A stretch of DNA of 62,926 bases, counting the filler, from Basidiobolus meristosporus CBS 931.73 (taxonomy: Eukaryota > Fungi > Basidiobolomycota): the NCBI GenBank assembly GCA_002104905.1. It is 3 parts of 3 records of this genome, joined end to end, with 100 filler letters (N's around TTAATTAATTAA, not from the genome) between each part and the next. Parts side by side here need not be neighbours in the genome. Positions count along the whole stretch, not along the records: positions 28,104 to 48,398 come from MCFE01001008.1; positions 48,499 to 62,926 come from MCFE01001176.1; 1 more part is not named here. The stretch is one strand, 5' to 3'. The notes beneath the pieces are model-generated. The model had not been told where the DNA came from, ran no database searches, and was given only the letters and a program-made list of their open reading frames with translations. Shown piece after piece: positions 39,848 to 51,483 of this stretch (within the stretch, counting starts at the first letter, position 1; the number at the start of each line of letters is the position of its first letter). The position numbers and the translations under genes were made by a program.

Positions 39848-40771
39848 ATGACTAACTCATCTGAATGGTCTTTTCTCATCAATCCCATCACTACCACTGG
39901 ATTTCCTTTTGACACACTAGAGGAGAACTATTCCAAGTACTGTGGATCATCAACCTCAATCTACTCAAGGAGATCCCTTGTTAAGCTTCTGTGCTATTAC
40001 AAGAACTATTGCCCTACAAGGTTTCATCCCACCATCCATGGCAACAAAAGTCCTAGAAGCTTTCATTCCCAGCTGACAGCAATGGAGAACCACCTTGCAG
40101 AGGGTATGAATGACTTAGAGCAAGCTTGGAATACTAGGTTCAGAAGCTCCAATAGACTTCCATATCCCAGAGTGTTCAGCAACAGGTTCCATATCAGGAG
40201 TATCTTGGATACCTTCCCAGTGAGGATTAACATACCTTCTAGAGGGCAGAGGCACTTTTATTCTGGCAAGTACAAGGCACACAGTGTGAAGTTTCAAGCA
40301 CTGTCTGACATTGAGGGTAACATCATCTGGTTTAGTGGGCCATTTGCTGGAAGTAGGCATGACAAAGCAATCTTGGTAGAGAATCATCCTGAATTCAGTA
40401 GAGGGGAGAAATGTATGGCAGACTTAGCCTATATAGGAGAGGATTGTCAGAGATTAGGATGTATTACAGCTTATAGGAAGCCAAGGAATGGTGTGCTTAG
40501 CAGGAAGCAGAAGCTCTACAATGAGATATTTAATCATTTCAGAGTAAGGGTAGAGCACACATTTGGATATCTGAAGAGATTCAGCATATTGGCAGGTAAA
40601 TACAGAGGAAAGTTATATATAGGAGAAAACAGCAGAATAGGTAAAATAGTCAAGATACTCATTAATGCACAGTATGTTCATACCAGAAGACATCCACTGA
40701 GAGAAATGGGTCTGGAGCATTATGAAGAATATATAAAGCAAGGAAAGCACTATTCTGAGCAACATAAGTAA
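39848..40771 (+). CDS. DDE_Tnp_4 (IS5/ISL2/PIF-Harbinger-like) transposase, apparently intact, 307 aa from first ATG
   Basis: ILDTFP, YSGKYKAHSVKFQ, GSRHD, MADLAYIG, YRKP...L...QKLYN and RVRVEHTFGYLKRFSIL reproduce the ISL2/IS5-type motif series with all acidic residues present. The track start at 39806 is TTG. Confidence 0.9.
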   Translation: MTNSSEWSFLINPITTTGFPFDTLEENYSKYCGSSTSIYSRRSLVKLLCYYKNYCPTRFHPTIHGNKSPRSFHSQLTAMENHLAEGMNDLEQAWNTRFRSSNRLPYPRVFSNRFHIRSILDTFPVRINIPSRGQRHFYSGKYKAHSVKFQALSDIEGNIIWFSGPFAGSRHDKAILVENHPEFSRGEKCMADLAYIGEDCQRLGCITAYRKPRNGVLSRKQKLYNEIFNHFRVRVEHTFGYLKRFSILAGKYRGKLYIGENSRIGKIVKILINAQYVHTRRHPLREMGLEHYEEYIKQGKHYSEQHK

Positions 40772-43700
40772 GATTGAGTAAAATTACCAGTAGCTGTATC
40801 ATACCACTGGCATCATGGTAGAAATTATAGTGCTAGATAGTGCTGTAGAGTGCCAGATCAATCCGGCACCGTAAACAGGCTGGCACTATGTGGTACTATC
40901 CAACGGAACAAGTCTTCTATCTTGCAATTCCAGGCTCTTAGTGATTGTTTGAGATCATTTAGTGACTTTTTAAGCTTACAAACCAAATAGGGTTATTCTG
41001 GTCAGCCAACCCATCATGCTGGTCCATATACACGTCCTCATCAAGTTCTCCATTCAAAAATGCAGTTTTTACATCCATTTGATGAATAAAAAACTTATAT
41101 TTGGCTGCAATAGCCAATATTAATCTGATGGAATTGAACTTGGCTACCGGTGCAAAGGTCTCAGTATAGCCAAGTCCTTTGTCTGAGAGTATCCTTTGGC
41201 TACAAGTCTTGCTTTGTATCTTTCAATTGTACCATCAGCCTTGTATTTTGTCTTGAAGACCCATCTGGATCCAATTGATTTTTGGTTGATTGGTAATTTG
41301 ACTAAGTCCCAAGTTTGTTTTTCCATCAGGGCCTGATATTCCTCAGTCATTGCAGATCTCCAAGACTTTGTCTGAGGGCTATTTAGGGCCTCTTTTACAG
41401 TCTGGGGCTCATCAATATGGACTGAATAGGCATAGGCTAAGTTTGTACCCTCATTGATATAGTTATTTGGGTTATTTCTTGTCCAATTGGATCTCCAGCC
41501 ATTTGATACTAGAATGATCACTTCTGGGATATTCCTGGGCACTGCTTCTGGCTGAGCCACAGTGGTAGAGTCCTTTGGAGTGAAAATTCTTTCATTGTTT
41601 TGCTCTGATTCAATCCTGACAATTGATGGATTTGAGATCAGATTTTTGTCAACATCTGATGTCATTTTTTGTGAAAATTTTTAATTTTCTTCTAACAACA
41701 CATCCCTGGACTTGATTAGCTTCTTTGCTTTGGTACTGTAGAGTCTGTATGCTTTACTCTCATTGCAGTAGCCCAAAAATATGCATTTTACACTTTTTGG
41801 CTCAAATTTTGACTGATTTCTGGGGAGTTTCTAGGCATATGCTGTACACCCAAATATTCTTAGATGCTCTGCACTTGGTCTGTATTCATACCATGCTTCA
41901 AATGGAGTAGAATCACAAAGTATTCTGTGATAACTCCTATTTTTAAGATATACAGTAGTGGTAACTGATTCCGCCCAAAAATCCTAGGATAATTTTTGAT
42001 CATGGATCATAGATCTTGCCATATCAATTATTGATCTGTTAGCACATTCTACTACTCCATTTTGCTGTGGGGAGTATGGTACAGTAGTCTCTTGCTTTAT
42101 TCTACAAATTTTGCAGAAGTGGATGAAGCGTTTTGAGGTATATTCTCCACCATTGTCAGAGTGTATTTTCTTGATTTTTTCACCAGTTTCTCTCTCCACC
42201 ATGGCTTTAAACTCCCTGGGCTTTGACAGAGATTCTTCCTTTCTCTCCATGAAGTAGACCCATGTGTATCTTGTATAATCATCAATAAAAGTGATTAAAT
42301 ATGTCATCCTGCCTAAGGATAAATCTTGCATAGGTCCACACAGATCTGAGTGAATTAGATTTAATTTTTTCCTAGTTTTGATTAACCCAGAGCTCTTGAA
42401 TGGTTGTCTGGCTTGTTTCCCATATATGCAGGCTTCACAGTGCTCCAAATTAGCTGGGGGATCAATTTTTAATCCAGAAATTGGCTGATCTTTGATCATT
42501 TTGTGCAAATAATCAAAATTGATGTTCCCAAATCTCCTGTGCCAAAGCATTGGTGTTTCTTCATTTAAGTTACTTATATTGGCTTCCAAATATGATAGAA
42601 TATAAGTCAACTTGTATAGGTTCTGATCTCTGATACCCAAAGCAATATGGGCACCATTTTGATCCGTGATCTTGCATCCAGAATTGTCAAAGCTGAAACT
42701 GAGTCCTTCTGCAGTGGCCATGCTTACAGATAGTAGGTTCTTGGCTATTTCTGGTACATAGAGTACTTCTTTAAAGGTCAGTGTATGGCTTCCGTCACTG
42801 CTTCTAAGGTTTATTTAGATAGTTCCTTCTCCCACTGCATCAAGCGTTCTATCATCACCCATGAAAACCTTTTAATTGGAATTTCTTAATATTGGGTAAA
42901 AAGTTCTTTTTGGTGTGTTAAGTGTTGAAATGCTCCAGAGTCAATATACCACGTCTGAGAATCCTTGTTTGTGGTCATATTTAGTGCATATATGAATAGT
43001 CTATCTTCAGTTGTTGCAGCATTTCCCTATTCAGGCTTCTTTTCCTGATTATCTTTCTTTTAAAGACACCGGTCTGATGTGTGTCCTTTACTTTTGCAGT
43101 AGGTACAAAACAGGTTGCTGTTGCCTTTGTAGGGTCTTGGGTACCTCCTCTGTTGGTTATCATTGCTTATTAAAGTATTTTCTGCTTCCTGCTTATTGGC
43201 GCTTGATTTTCTTAATTCTTAATCCAGGAGCCTTCTATATACTTAATTTAAGGTCAAATCTTCAGTTCTAGACTCTAGGGCTTATACAAGGCCCTGAAAC
43301 TTGTCTGTCAGGCTATTCAGGATGGTAACTATCACATCCTCATCAGTAGTTAGTATGCCCACAGATTCCGTCTCATCTACCAGCAGGGTATTTCTGTTAA
43401 TTAGATTTTTCATTTCTTCTCCTGGCAGCATCTTTATAGTAAAGAATTTTTGTCTCAGATACATTTTCTTAGCAGCTGAACATGACTGGTAGGTGTCTTC
43501 TAATGCCTTCTAGGCATTCTTTGCCATTTTTGCTCTTGAGCATTGAATTAGCAATTTGTCTTTAACATTAAGGCAAAAGCAGTTAAAGGCACTTTGTTCT
43601 TTCTTCTAGTACTTCAAGGCTTCCTCTCCCACACCTTTAAGAGGGCATTCTTCTCCCATTGCAATATCCCAAAGGCCACTTTCTTGTAGCAGCATCTTCA

Positions 43701-44998
43701 TCTCCACCTTCCACACTTGGTAGTTAGATCTATCCAACTTTTCAGCAGAGGGAAAAATTCCAGTAATAGCAGTAGTAGACATTACAGAGAATGACAGCTT
43801 GGGGCTCATAACCTGTTGTAAGAGTCTTGGAGATATTGGAAGTGATTTGGGAGAACAAGTAGATTATGTGGTTTTCACTTAATGATTTATTGAATGTAAA
43901 AGTAGTATTTATACTTTTACCTGGTCTTGGCTTTACAAACACAAAGAATAGGTTAAGGAAGGTCCCAAAAACATGCGTGCAGAGTTTGGGGCTGTTTGGA
44001 CAACTTATCAAATTTTCATGTTCTGGGTACCTGGTATTTTGGTGAAAATATTCTAAGTAAATCCCACCAGGAATTTGGCCAGTATTCTCTAGGATATGAA
44101 GGTAATGATCTAAGTGACTAAGTTAGGTGAATATTTAGGTGGAAATACAAATATTTACAACAAAAACAACTAATATTGAATAAAAAATTCCTATTGGTGC
44201 GTGAAGTGTTGAGATGCTCCAGAGTTAATATACCATGTCTAGGAATGCTTGTTTGTGGTTACATTTAGTGCAGATATGAGCAGTCTATTCTCTGTTGTTG
44301 CAGCATTTCCGTATTCAGAATTGTTTAGCTGATTATCTCTCTGTTTGAGGCACCAGCCTGATGTGTATCATTTCTGTTTGCAGTAGTTGCAACACATGTT
44401 GCTGTTGCCTTCTGAGGATTGTGAGTAACTCCTTGGTGGGTTATCAATACTTATCTAAGTATTTTCTTCTTCCTTCTTATTGACTCTTGATTCTCTTAAC
44501 TCTTCATCTAGGAGCCTTCCATATATGTAATTTAAGGTCATACATTCAGTTCTGGACCCTAGGGCTGATACTAGGCCCTGAAGCCTGTCTGTCAGGCTTT
44601 TCAGGATGGTAACCATCAAAATCTTATCAGTAGTTGGTATGCCACAGATTCTATCTCAATCACTAAGCCCTATGAAAAATTATTGAGAAGATCTTGTTAA
44701 AAGGCCATCACAAAGTTAATGTCCCATGACTGAGAGGTACCAATCTTGTCAGGACACCGTCCAGAGACTGTTGAAATATAATTGCACCCCAGATTTCACA
44801 AAAAACTTTGTCAAAATTTTTCATCACAACAACGTATAGGTGGCTTTTGATTGGTTCCCTGCCAATTTGCTCACTTTCTGATCCCAGACACTCTATTGCC
44901 TCCTACATTTGTGTGAATTGATTGGCTATTGCCTCTTTTTCACACTCCTTACTTCCTGACTCAACTGTTTCTCTTACTTTTCATGCATACAAATTGAT

Positions 44999-47050
44999 TT
45001 ATTTCCATTGAAACTTCAGTTGTACCTCAATTGCCAATTGTATTGACCTATACAAGTCTCTATACCCTACACTAACATTAAGCCCAACCCCACACTCAAC
45101 AAGTAACTCCATTATAATCCACCACTCAGTAAGTATTTCTGCTGTGATGCCCTGGTTCCACAACCTTGGCGGGAACCCAACGGCTTTATGCCACTGTTCA
45201 TTCACTGGTTCCCACACATCCTGGTCTTCAGCCGGCACTGCAAGGTCTAGCTCCTCATCTGCCAGTCTTTGCAATAAATCCTTGCAATATTGCAGTGCAT
45301 TTTCTTGAGCACTGCTCTTGAAGAAGTGCTGCAACCTCTTGGTGTGCCTATTAATGTTCCAAAACTCCAATGAAGGCATTGTGATAGTCTTTTGAGCTCT
45401 TGACATTGTAGCCTTGTCTGTCAGTGGGATCTCCACTCTGTTAACAATGGAGGCTGTGGAGGCTGTGGTAGACAAATTGCCTTCTACCTTGCTGGAGTGT
45501 AGCTCAACTGGCTGCGCTTCCAATTCTTGTGAAAACAGCTGTTTTCTTGTTAGTAATTCTTCATGGCTATGATAGAATTCAGTCTGTTCCTGGCTTGCGG
45601 CATTAATTGGCAAGAGCTGCAGTTTTTTTGCATGCCTCCCTGTCTCAGGCATGGGTAGACATTTTTCCCTTTACCTTTTCCTTTATCACTGCCAGGTCCT
45701 TCATTGTTACTTTTTCTGAGTGCATCTTGTGAAGAACTACGTTTTCTCCTGGATAAATTCTGCTCTGACTCATCTGTTTTGGCCTGCTTATCCCTTGCTG
45801 GCACTCTTCTGGCAACCTGATGTTTCTTTTCAGCTTGTTTTGAGCTCTCAACTGTAGTTGTGATGGGCTCCTATAAAAGCAGCTGGTCTTTATCACTGCC
45901 AGGTCCTTCACTGCTACTTTGACTGCATGGTTCTTAAGTGATACTATGCTTTTCCTTGATAAATGTTGTTCTGGTGTGTCCATGTCTGCCTGCTTGTCCT
46001 TAATTGGCACTCTTCCAGCTGCCTGACAACTCTTTGACACTTTTCTGGAGCTTTTGGCCCTGCTTGTAACAGGCTCTTGAGGAAGCCACTGGTTTTTAGC
46101 CATGGCACTCTTGTTCTTCTGCCTTTGATAGCTTCTGCTATTCTAAAGATACTTTCTTAGCATACCAATGCTGGCCCAAAATCTGTTTGCCTGTTTGAAT
46201 CCAGGATAATGCTCATGGAACAAGTCAAGTGCATTCTGCTTGGCCTTCAGTTCCTGATGGTCCCATGGTATGCCAGCCTTAAGGTGATGGCATGCTAGAC
46301 TTCTGACAGCCTCTTATATATCAGCCCACTCTTCATTATTGCACTCAACAGCTTCATGGATCTTCAATGTCTTTTGATTTTAGGCTTTGGTATTAACACC
46401 ACATTGTCTCCCTCCCATGCTGTGATAGGTTTTTCTGTAGGCTTCATCTTTGGGCACTGTTGTTGTGCTTCAAAGACTGTACAGTGTTCCTCTGCTGTTA
46501 CATCAGGAAATGGCTCAGTTCTTGGCTGTGACATTAAGCTAATTGAGTTCCCTCTTTGCAGCAAAGATAATGCTTTCTCAACCTGGGATATTGATTGCTC
46601 TACATGTATTATCTGCTCATCCTGTTTCTGGAATACTTCCTGATTTCTCTGGGCCATTGCATCTATCCTATCAGCCACTGCACCTAATTGCTTCATTAAT
46701 ACTTTGGTATTAGCTGACAACATACTTGCTAATATGGGTGGGGGTGATGTTATCATGGCCACTTGCTAATCTTCAACAAAGGGTACTGCATTTACTACAC
46801 TCTCATCTGCCTGAGCATAACGGTCAGCTTAAGGCTCCGCAGAGGTTATCAATTGCCTACTTGACTGAGAGCCTGAGGAGTCCGCATTATTACCTTCAAT
46901 GGGTACACTGTCCACAGGGCCTTTTTTGGATGTAGCCCTGCTTGTTGCACTGAATGTCAAAGCAAGCTGTTATCCAACTGTTCTTCTGTTGCCATCAGCG
47001 GTGGGGTTTGGTTGAGAACCAGACAACTTTGCTTTATTTTTTGGTGGCAT
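44999..47050 (-). pseudogene. CACTA-family ORF2 (about 680 codons, disrupted)
   Basis: Starts MPPKNKAKL. It has a coiled-coil-like KQLGAVADRIDAMAQ segment, two 69-aa repeats and a C-terminal W-rich block. Several stops and frameshifts are present. Confidence 0.75.
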
Positions 47051-47272
47051 ATATATGGAAGTGAGTCAAATCAAAGGGGAAATAGTGTTACATATACGTG
47101 TGTATGTGGTGCCACAACTTTATTTATAATGCTTACTATGGCAGGTCATCATTGAATCTTGCATTCATGTAGGTGCAATGTCTCAAACACAGGACTGTCT
47201 TAAGTTCACATGAGTATTGACCAAAAAGTGATATAATAGCGTCACATTGTTGAAGGTCAAACTGTTTGCCCC

Positions 47273-48398
47273 ATGAACAAGACTACTTTGACTCAATGCC
47301 ATAATAGAAGAGAAAAAAGACCATGTGGCTATTGTGGCAAGCCTCTCAGCAATGATGCATGCAGACAGCATAGGAAGTATTACAAGGATCATGGCCAGTG
47401 TTTTGCCACCCAAATCATATTTGACCATTCATTCATCACTACTGTACCAACATTATCTTGCCAGACAGTTGATACTTCTATATTGGCACCTGGCCATCTT
47501 TGTCACCTTGCGCAAACTGAGTCTGGTGAGTTTGTGATGCCTTTAGGCTCACCACAGCCTCCTGAATATGGCATGCAGAGTGATAGCTCTGATGAAGAAG
47601 GTTCACTGATGGATTTTGAGCCTATCTCCCCTAACAACAGTACCACGTATGAGCCCAGTCAAATCCCTATATGCAATGAGACAACACGTGTTGAAACAAA
47701 TGCCAAGGATACTTTATAGAGCCAAGTGAGCCCAGTAATCCATCTACTGGTGAATGATGTAATGTTGTGGCTAGAGAAGGGGCATGTTTTCACTAATATC
47801 AGTAATGGGGGCTTTGAGGATTTATTACTACTTCTAGCCAAAATCATACCGGGAATGCATCTTACCATGTACATGGTACAAGTGGACAACCGTCATGCAG
47901 CTGGCAACATATGATTCAGAGACTGCCCTGATTCCAGCATGTGTTTACAGTTGAATGGCATTCACATCCAAAAATGCTACCATTGTAACATGTCCAAATA
48001 GTCAGGAATCCACCATTATTGAGGGAAAACATTGTTCACACCCTGGATATATTCCGGTCATACCCTGTCTGAGGAAGCTGAGGCAGTCTAACAAATATTG
48101 CAATGCTATAGAGTACCGCACTGAGTATCAATCAAGCACAAACATATCCAATATATTTGATGGCAAACATTACAAACAGCTAAGAAGCAAGGGCTACTTT
48201 GAAGGTATGTATGACCATGCCTTTGCATTAGCACTCATTGAATTCTCATTAAACAAGTACTCTACCAGTAAATCCTGCTGGCCACTGATTCTCATCAATC
48301 TGAATCTGCCACCCATCTTACGGTATCAGAGCAATAATCTGATGGTAGTCTCACTGGTATCTGGGCCTAATTCACCATCCAACCTGGATAGCTACCTG
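47273..48398 (+). pseudogene. CACTA transposase N-terminal half (tnp2-like)
   Basis: N-terminal CGYC...CRQH Cys/His cluster. FDGKHY...CWPLILINLNLPPILRY...SGPNSPSNLDSYL follows. Confidence 0.85.
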
Positions 48399-48498
48399 NN
48401 NNNNNNNNNNNNNNNNNNNNNNNNNNNNNNNNNNNNNNNNNNTTAATTAATTAANNNNNNNNNNNNNNNNNNNNNNNNNNNNNNNNNNNNNNNNNNNN
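48399..48498. other. Scaffold gap with TTAATTAATTAA linker
   Basis: Same 100-bp N/linker structure as 28004-28103. Confidence 0.95.
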
Positions 48499-49920
48499 TA
48501 TAGGCCAGCATGCCATGGGACTTTCAGGAACCAAAGGCAAGGCATAATGTGCTTAACCTTCTCCATGAGTATTATCCCGGATTCAAACAAGACAACAGAT
48601 TTTGAGCCAGCATCAGTATGCCTAGAAGATACCTCAAGAATAGTAAAAAATATCAAAGGCAGAAGAACAAGGGTGCCATGATTAAAAATCAGTGGCTTAC
48701 TCAAAAGCCTGCTGTAAGCAGGGCTGAAAACTCAAAACAAGTGGCAAGGAAATTTCTACCAGTCAGACAAGTGCTGACATGAGTAAAGCAGGCAGAAGCA
48801 GATGCTCCATTGCAGCATTTATCAAGTAAAAAACATACTATTATACAGGAAGTACCTAGTTGATGTAGTAGGGAAGGACCTGGCAATGGTAAAGGGAAAG
48901 GGAAGAAAGAATACCCAAGTCAGCGGCAGAGAAGTGTGAGAAACAAGCTGCAGCTCTCACCACTCAACAATGCCAACTTTAAGCAGTCCAAATCCCATAG
49001 TATCCAAGAAGAATTGCCATCCTGACAACAGTTGTTTTCACAAGAGTTTAAAAGGCAGCCAGTTAAACTACACTCCAGTGAAGTGTATTGGCTTGCAGAG
49101 AAAGGCAATTGGTCTACCACCTCTTCTACCTCCTCCACAGCCTTTATTGTAGACAGAGTGGAGATCCTGCTGGCAAGCAAAGCAACAATGTCAAGAGTTC
49201 AGAGGTTTTTACAATGCCTACAGAGGAATATTGGAGCATCAATACATGCACCAGGATGTTGAAGTACATGTTCAAAAGCAGCAATGATGAAAGCATACTT
49301 GAACACTGCAAGGATTTATTGCATAGACTGTTAGAAGAGGTACTAGACCTTGCAGTCTAGCTGAAGACCAGAATGCTGGGACCAGTGAGCAAACAATGGC
49401 ACAAAACCATAGGGTACCTGCCAAAGTCATGGGCAATGGGTGTTAAGGCCAAGACACTTATTGAATGGTGGATTCTAGTGGAGTTTCTTGTTGGGAGTGC
49501 TGTAGGGCTTAATGTTAGTGGTGGGTACAGGGACTTGCATAGGTCAGTAAAATCTACAATTGAGATACATCTGAAGATCCATCAGGAATAAACAATCAAT
49601 ATACATGAAAAGTAAGTGCACTGGTTGAGTATGTAAGCAAGGAATGTGAAAAAGAGGCAACAGCCAATTAACATCCACAAATGTAGGAGATGATTGAGTG
49701 TCTGGGATCAGAAAGTGAGAGAAATGGCAAAGGACCAATTAAAAGAAACTTAGGGACTGTTTAGATGAATAAGTTTGGCTAAGTTTTTTGTGCAATCTTA
49801 GATGCAATCTTTTTCCAACAGTTTTTAAATGGTGTTCTGTTAGCATCAACACCTGTTGGTTGCATGATTCAAATTTTGTGGCAGCCTTCTTGCAAAACTA
49901 TCACAATTTTTTTTGTAGGG
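48499..49920 (+). mobile_element. CACTA element end (ORF2 remnant + terminus)
   Basis: ORF2 homology, followed by the conserved subterminal region ending ttttttgtaggg at 49920. Confidence 0.7.
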
Positions 49921-50127
49921 GCTTTGGCATCAGCTGATAGCATACTTGCAAGTACTGGTGGTGATGTAGTCATAAAAATCATTTGCTAGTCTCCTACCAG
50001 CAGTACTGCATTTGCTATACTCTATCCACCTGAGCATTATGGTCAGCTTGCAGCTCCCCTGATATTCTCAATTGCCTAGTTGACTGCAAGGCTGAGGAGG
50101 CCACATTGATATTTTAGTGAGCACACT

Positions 50128-50446
50128 CCCTGAGAGAAAAAATTGAGAAAAGGCCAGCAGAATACCATCATACTATTGACTGAATTCCTACTTTCTCAAA
50201 ATTGGCCAATTTCATTATCTCAGGTACAAGCTGTTAGGCTAGCAAGTAGACATATTTTCCAGGAGGAGACTATGCCAAAAGCATCTGTACCCAATTTGGT
50301 AGTCAGCTGCTCACTGCTTCCATAAAAATTGCAACAGAAAATTTGATGCAAAAAGACCAGCTGAATACCAATAAAATACCATTAGAATACCAGCAGAGTA
50401 CCATTTTTAAATCAGATGAATTCTAACATTAAGATTTTTCATAGGG
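50128..50446. mobile_element. 319-bp non-autonomous CCCT-ended element with 3-bp TSD ACT
   Basis: Ends ccctgagagaaaaa and tttttcataggg. act occurs at 50125-50127 and 50447-50449. It has internal aatacca repeats. Confidence 0.75.
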
Positions 50447-51483
50447 ACTGTCAACTTGGCTTTTTTTGGATGTAACTCTTCTTATTGCACTATATGTCAA
50501 TGCAAGCTGTTGTCCAAATGTTCTTCTGCTGCTGTCTGCACAGCGGTTTGGTTGGGAACCTGATAACTTTGCTTTATTTTTTGGCAGCATATATATAGAG
50601 GTATGTCAAACCAAAGGGGATATAGTGTTACATATATGTTGGTATGTGGTGCCACAACTTTATTTATAATCCCTAGTATTGTGGATCATCATTTCATCTT
50701 ACATTCATGTAGGTGTAATGTCTCATATACAAGATTGTCTAAACTGCCATGAAGATTGACAAAAAAGTGATATAACAGCATTACATTACCAAATGTCAAG
50801 CTGTTTGCCCCATGGACAAGATTACTTTGATTAAATGCCATAAGGGAAGAGAAAAAAGATCATGTGCTTATTGTAAAAAAGCCTCTCAGCCATGAAGCAC
50901 ATAGGCAGCATAGGGAGTATTATTGATATTATGGCCAGTATTTTGCCACACAAGCCATATATAAGCATGTATCAGTCATTGCATTTCCTATAGTATCTTG
51001 CCAGCCTCTTAATACTTTTACAATGGCACCTATTCACACTTGGCCATTTGCCAAGCAGAGCTAGGCAAATATGCCATACCTGCCAGCTCACCTGAGCCCT
51101 TGGAATATGGCTCATACAGCAAAAGTTCCAAAGAAGGCTCACAATGGATTCTGAGCCTATCTCTCCTCACAACAGTACCCTGCCTGAGATCAGCAAGAGC
51201 ACAAGATGTGAAGAGGCAGCAGCCATGGAACAAATGCAGAGGATACTTTAAGGAGCCAAGTGAGCTGATTAATCCATTTGCAGGTGAATGATGTGATGTA
51301 TTGGCTTGAGAAGTGGCTTATTTTCACCAATAAGGGTAATGAGGGCTTTAGGAATGTACTGCTACTTCTTGCCAAAATTATTCTGGAATGCAACTTACCA
51401 TGTACATGGTACAAATGAGCAACTGTAATGCAACTTCCAGCATATGACCCAGAGACCATCCTGATACTTGCATGTGTTAATGG

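Larger units (their letters stand above)
37500..40915 (+). mobile_element. Complete 3416-bp PIF/Harbinger-ISL2EU-like (IS5-related) DNA transposon
   Basis: 15-bp TIR agacttgttccattg / caacggaacaagtct. 3-bp TSD tct at 37497-37499 and 40916-40918 in Copia RT (target gaatctatcttg). Two divergent ORFs. Confidence 0.95.
36063..44162 (-). mobile_element. Ty1/Copia element (copy 3), decayed, interrupted by the DNA transposon
   Basis: LTRs at 36063-36411 and 43814-44162. TSD aaaac is at 36058-36062 and 44163-44167. PBS ggttatgagccc is present. RT is split at 37499/40916. Confidence 0.95.
28104..44667 (-). mobile_element. Older, diverged Copia element (copy 0) carrying four nested insertions
   Basis: Degenerate RT (28104-28276, 32968-33600), integrase (33600-35900) and protease/gag (35900-36062, 44163-44667) are colinear once the inserts are removed. 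Its 5' end is replaced by a CACTA element. Confidence 0.85.
44668..48398 (+). mobile_element. CACTA-superfamily element, best-preserved copy, CCCTA terminus, truncated by gap
   Basis: The left end ccctatgaaaaa at 44668 matches the tttttcataggg-type ends at 49920, 50446 and 57712. ORF2 is on minus and the transposase on plus (head-to-head). Confidence 0.8.

Noticed and set aside
39848-40771. Bacterial IS contamination or endosymbiont insert
   Set aside because: The element sits inside a Copia RT with a clean TSD, has decayed relatives and MITEs in the same window, and has a eukaryote-style NLS-bearing partner ORF.
44661-44667. CACTAAG looking like a canonical CACTA terminus
   Set aside because: On the minus strand these bases continue the Copia gag frame (LVIEIESV vs LVDEMESV). 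The terminus shared with other copies starts at ccctatg (44668).
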